Assembly: GCF_035084215.1 (NCBI RefSeq)
Contig: NC_090331.1
Coordinates: forward strand, 72,602,001 to 72,666,000
Reading direction: 5' to 3'
DNA: 64,000 nucleotides
Source: Heptranchias perlo
Lineage: Eukaryota
Both the position numbers and the translations under genes were made by a program. The notes below the pieces were generated by a model. The model saw only the letters and a list, made by a program, of their open reading frames with translations, had not been told where the DNA came from and searched no databases. This document shows, one piece after another, positions 60,340-64,000 of this stretch (the first letter of the stretch is position 1; every line of letters starts with the position of its first letter).

Positions 60340-62740
60340 CTTTCAGCTTTCTTTGTCCCAACGGCAAAGTGGAAATGGCCGGAGAGTTCTCCTTAGAGAT
60401 AACTTGGAAAAAAGGATGTGAGATCATTGCACTTTCCGGGAGATCACTGTAATTTCCCAGCGAACACTGCCTTTTCCTGTTATTTGAGGAGCAATCTATT
60501 TCTATTTTGAGTTCACTCATATCAGCGCAACTTGAGTTGCGAACAAGACTGTGCAGAGGATTGTAGCTGCGCTAATTCGGCACAAATCTTTGCTGTATTT
60601 GATCCATAAATCTTCAAGCGTATATAAAGGGGGAGTAGTAGACAAATGATTAAAAACAGATAAGACCGATTTATTATTGGTTATTCTTCAAGTCACTGAC
60701 CTGAGGAAGGCCATCTCAATACAGAATACCAGTTATGACTTTTAATACAAATATGACTGAGGTTGTATTCCAATAAGGAACCAGTTGCAGTCTTGTGATT
60801 GATTTGGCAAATAGTGCAAATGTGCACCTTACCTGACTCAGAGCAATAACAGAACCTCCTGTGATTCATAAATACATATTCTATCAAACGAGCAACTTTT
60901 GTACTCGGGGTAGTTTAGAAGCAGTACTGTCAGTTTAAATATTTTTATTTTCATATTTTTTAAATAAATCGTGGAATGAAATAAGGGCTCAGGATGGAAT
61001 TGACTTTGTCACCTGATAAGTAAAAATAAAGAATACAGGAAGTGAAATTCGACATCTTAGATTTTTAATATAGTAAAATGTTAATGCACTACACACGCAT
61101 GACTTGGCAAATTGTACATATTCCGCTGGTAAACGTTCTATCTTTTAATGGCAATAAGTGGTTCCTGAAAACATACGAACATATAAAAATGAAGCGTAGG
61201 AAAAGGCCAGCAGGTCCATCAAGCCTGCCCCACACGCATGATGGCTGGATCATCACAACTGGACCTATCCTACCTCCCCAAAGCCGTGTTATCTCCTGCT
61301 ATCTCCATCAATCCACTGTGAGACCACAACTTGTCCTTCACAATGGAGAAAAGCTCAGTGATCCAAACCTTCTCATTATTTTCACTGCCTGCTCTCTCAG
61401 GCTTTAGGCTTTCTTTGTCCAAGCGACACAGTTTTAGAGGCCAGGTAGGTCCCCTTAGAAATAACTTGGAAAAAAGGATGTGAGATCATTGTGATCTTCC
61501 TGAGATCTGTGTACCCTCCCAGGGATCACTGTACTTTCCCAGAGATCACTATAATTTCCCAGAGATCACTGTAATTTCCCACTGCCTTTTTCTGTTAATT
61601 GAGGAGTGATCCAGTTCTATTTTGAGCTCCCTCAAAGCAGTGCAACTTGGGTTGGGAACAAGGTTGTGCAGAGGATTGTAGCTGTGATACTTTGGCCCCA
61701 AACCTTTGCTGTATTTGACCCATAAATCTTGACGCTTACATAAGGGGGGGAAAGTAGACCAATGATTGAAAACAGATAAGAAACATTAATCATTGATCAT
61801 TGTTCATGTAACTGACCTGAGGAAGGTCACTTCAATACTGAATGTCAATTATGACTTTTAACAAAAATATGACTAAAGTTGTATTCCAACATGGAACCAA
61901 TTGCAGTCTTGTGATTGATTTGGCAAATAGTGTAAATGTGCACCTTACCTGACTGAGTGCAATAACAGAACCTCCTGTGATTCATAAATTCATATTCTAT
62001 CAAACGGGCAACTTTTTTACTCAGGGTAGTTTAGAAGCAGTACTGTCAGTTAAATCATTACATTTTTTAAATAAATCGTGGAAAAAACAAAATACTCAGG
62101 ATGGCATTGACTTTGTGCACCTGATAAGTAAAAATAAAGAATACAGGAAGTGAAATTCGACATCCAGGTTTTTAATATAGTAAAATGTTAATGCACTATA
62201 CACTCATGACTTAGCCAATTGTACATATTCTGCTGTGTATAAAATCCTAATAGACATTCTATGTATTAACACCAATAAGTAGTTCCTGAAAACATACGAA
62301 CATACAAAAATGAAGGGTAGGAAAAGACCAGCAGGTATATCAAGGCTGCTCCACATGCATGATAGCTGGGATGTGGAGATGCCGGTGATGGACTGGGGTG
62401 GACAAATGTAAGGAGTTTTACAACACCAGGTTATAGTCCAACAGCTTTATTTGAAATCACAAACTTTTGGAGGCTTCCTCCTTCGTTAGGTGAGTGAGTG
62501 CATCACAATTGACCTATCCAACTCCCCAAAGCCATGTTATCTCCTGCTATCTCCATCAATCCACTGTGAGACCACAACTTGCCCTTCACAGTGGAGAAGA
62601 GCTCAGTGATCCAAACCTTCTCATTATTTTCACTGCCTGCTCTCTCAGGTTTCAGGGCTGGTCTCCCAGGCGATGTCGGAGCAGAGTGCACTTCAATCAA
62701 ATCGACTCTCCATTAGAAGTGTCATTTTACTGACTGCAAG
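60340..62740. repeat. Internal tandem duplication (~1.06 kb) of the intergenic block between genes D and E
   Basis: 60345-61405 is repeated in diverged form from about 61406; the junction reads GGCTTTAGGCTTT. Confidence 0.8.
62370..62499 (-). mobile_element. Short Penelope terminal-repeat fragment with a mutated hammerhead motif
   Basis: Matches 51644-51735 and is inserted into the conserved GATGGCTGG/AGCATCAC unit sequence. Confidence 0.75.
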
Positions 62741-63466
62741 ATAGCCAGGATTTCATTAAAAATCCTTCTCGCAGCCCATCCAATAAGTAATCCAGAAGTA
62801 TTTTTGCTACTGAGGTTTGACTTGTACAATTGACTTATAGTGAGAACCATGAGCGTGTTTATAATTACAGCATCGAATCAGACGTGATTTTTGCCTTTCT
62901 ACATCAGCAATATATCCACTTCTTCGCTGAAAGTAGTGAACATTGGAAGTGGATTTCACTATAATTTTGTTTTCTGATGTGATTTTCAATGTTTTTACTT
63001 TAAAAAGCAGTTACATTCCCTTGGAGTTGAGGACGAGAGTGAAGCTGGGCTAAATGCTGTGGATATTTTTACTTTAAAAGTGCCTGATTCTTATTCCAGG
63101 TTTTCTTTAGTCAACTGGGATGATATTGAAATGAGAACCTTGGATTTCATTCATGGGACAAGCAGCCCTCATTCATCGTGACTTACATTTTGATGCTCAC
63201 TTTCATGAAGTCCATGTATTGTATTGTTACTATCATGGACAACATTCATTCCTAAAGCTGCATTTACTGAATTGAAATCAATTCATTAGCTGAGATCAGA
63301 GGTAAAATATTCGGCATGAGACCCCAGCCTGAGATTTCCATCAGATTTCTATGTGATTTTGATCATCATCCAAAAATAAATGAACCAAGATGTTTGTTAA
63401 GTAGACGAGATTTTATTAATCTTAAGACTATTTCAGAGAGACAAAATGATGTTTTTTAAGAACAAT

Positions 63467-63742
63467 CTAGAAGTCCCTCATACGCCTGAAAGATCCGACA
63501 GTTGCGTTGGTGGCGCCCCAGTCACTGAATCTCCTGTATTCACCGGGTCTCATGAAGTACTGTCGGCCTCTGTAGTTGGGTTGTTCATAGAAGGTCCAGT
63601 AACCGTCCATCACATGGCAAGAGTGAATGTCACGGTAGCGGAAACGATCGTAGACAGATGGACAGTCATCCGTGAATTCCATCATCTGTCCTCCAAAGTC
63701 AGGCCTCTCGTAAATCTTCATTCTGTAGTTTCCACCTCGGTA
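63467..63742 (-). CDS. Gamma-crystallin gene E, exon 3 only (rest lies beyond the window)
   Basis: Acceptor CTACAG then [18 protein letters not shown]...MRDF*; more diverged than genes A-D. Confidence 0.9.
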   Translation of the reverse strand, partial: YRGGNYRMKIYERPDFGGQMMEFTDDCPSVYDRFRYRDIHSCHVMDGYWTFYEQPNYRGRQYFMRPGEYRRFSDWGATNATVGSFRRMRDF

Positions 63743-64000
63743 CTGTAGTAGAAAGAAAATAATATTAGCAAAGAAAGCTTAAATATATAGCTATAGATTT
63801 TCACTTTGGGCAGTGGCGGAAAACAATGGAAAGTAAAATCAGGCGGGGTGTATAATGTTTATCACCAGTGTACATATCATATAGAACATGGAATACTCTT
63901 TTTATAACTTAAGAACCTAACTGGCCTTCCTCTGTTCCAGAAATGAGGGCAGTTAAATGCAGCACATAAGAAGCCACAATAGACATGAAATTACCCATTT

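Overview
Vertebrate genomic DNA, most likely a cartilaginous fish (shark-type gamma-crystallins and CR1 LINEs). The backbone is a minus-strand tandem array of 3-exon, 175-aa gamma-crystallin (shark gamma-S1-like) genes. Four are complete, one is partial, and the upstream region of a sixth is present. The basic repeat unit is about 5 kb, but two units are inflated to about 17 kb and 30 kb by mobile DNA. That DNA includes several CR1 LINEs (one with intact ORF1 and ORF2), MITEs, a Harbinger remnant, Penelope remnants with a hammerhead motif, solo LTRs and a ~4.9 kb 20-bp minisatellite. The most unusual content is a pol-deleted endogenous retrovirus-like family, present as two proviruses with one inserted in inverted orientation inside the env of the other (27983-41953). 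Its layout is LTR, tRNA-Arg-like PBS overlapping the gag ATG, coiled-coil/CCHC/PSAP Gag, UGA-CUAG readthrough context, pol remnant, and an env resembling F-type fusion proteins with an apparent N-terminal Ig-like domain. All family assignments are from motif recognition only; no searches were run.
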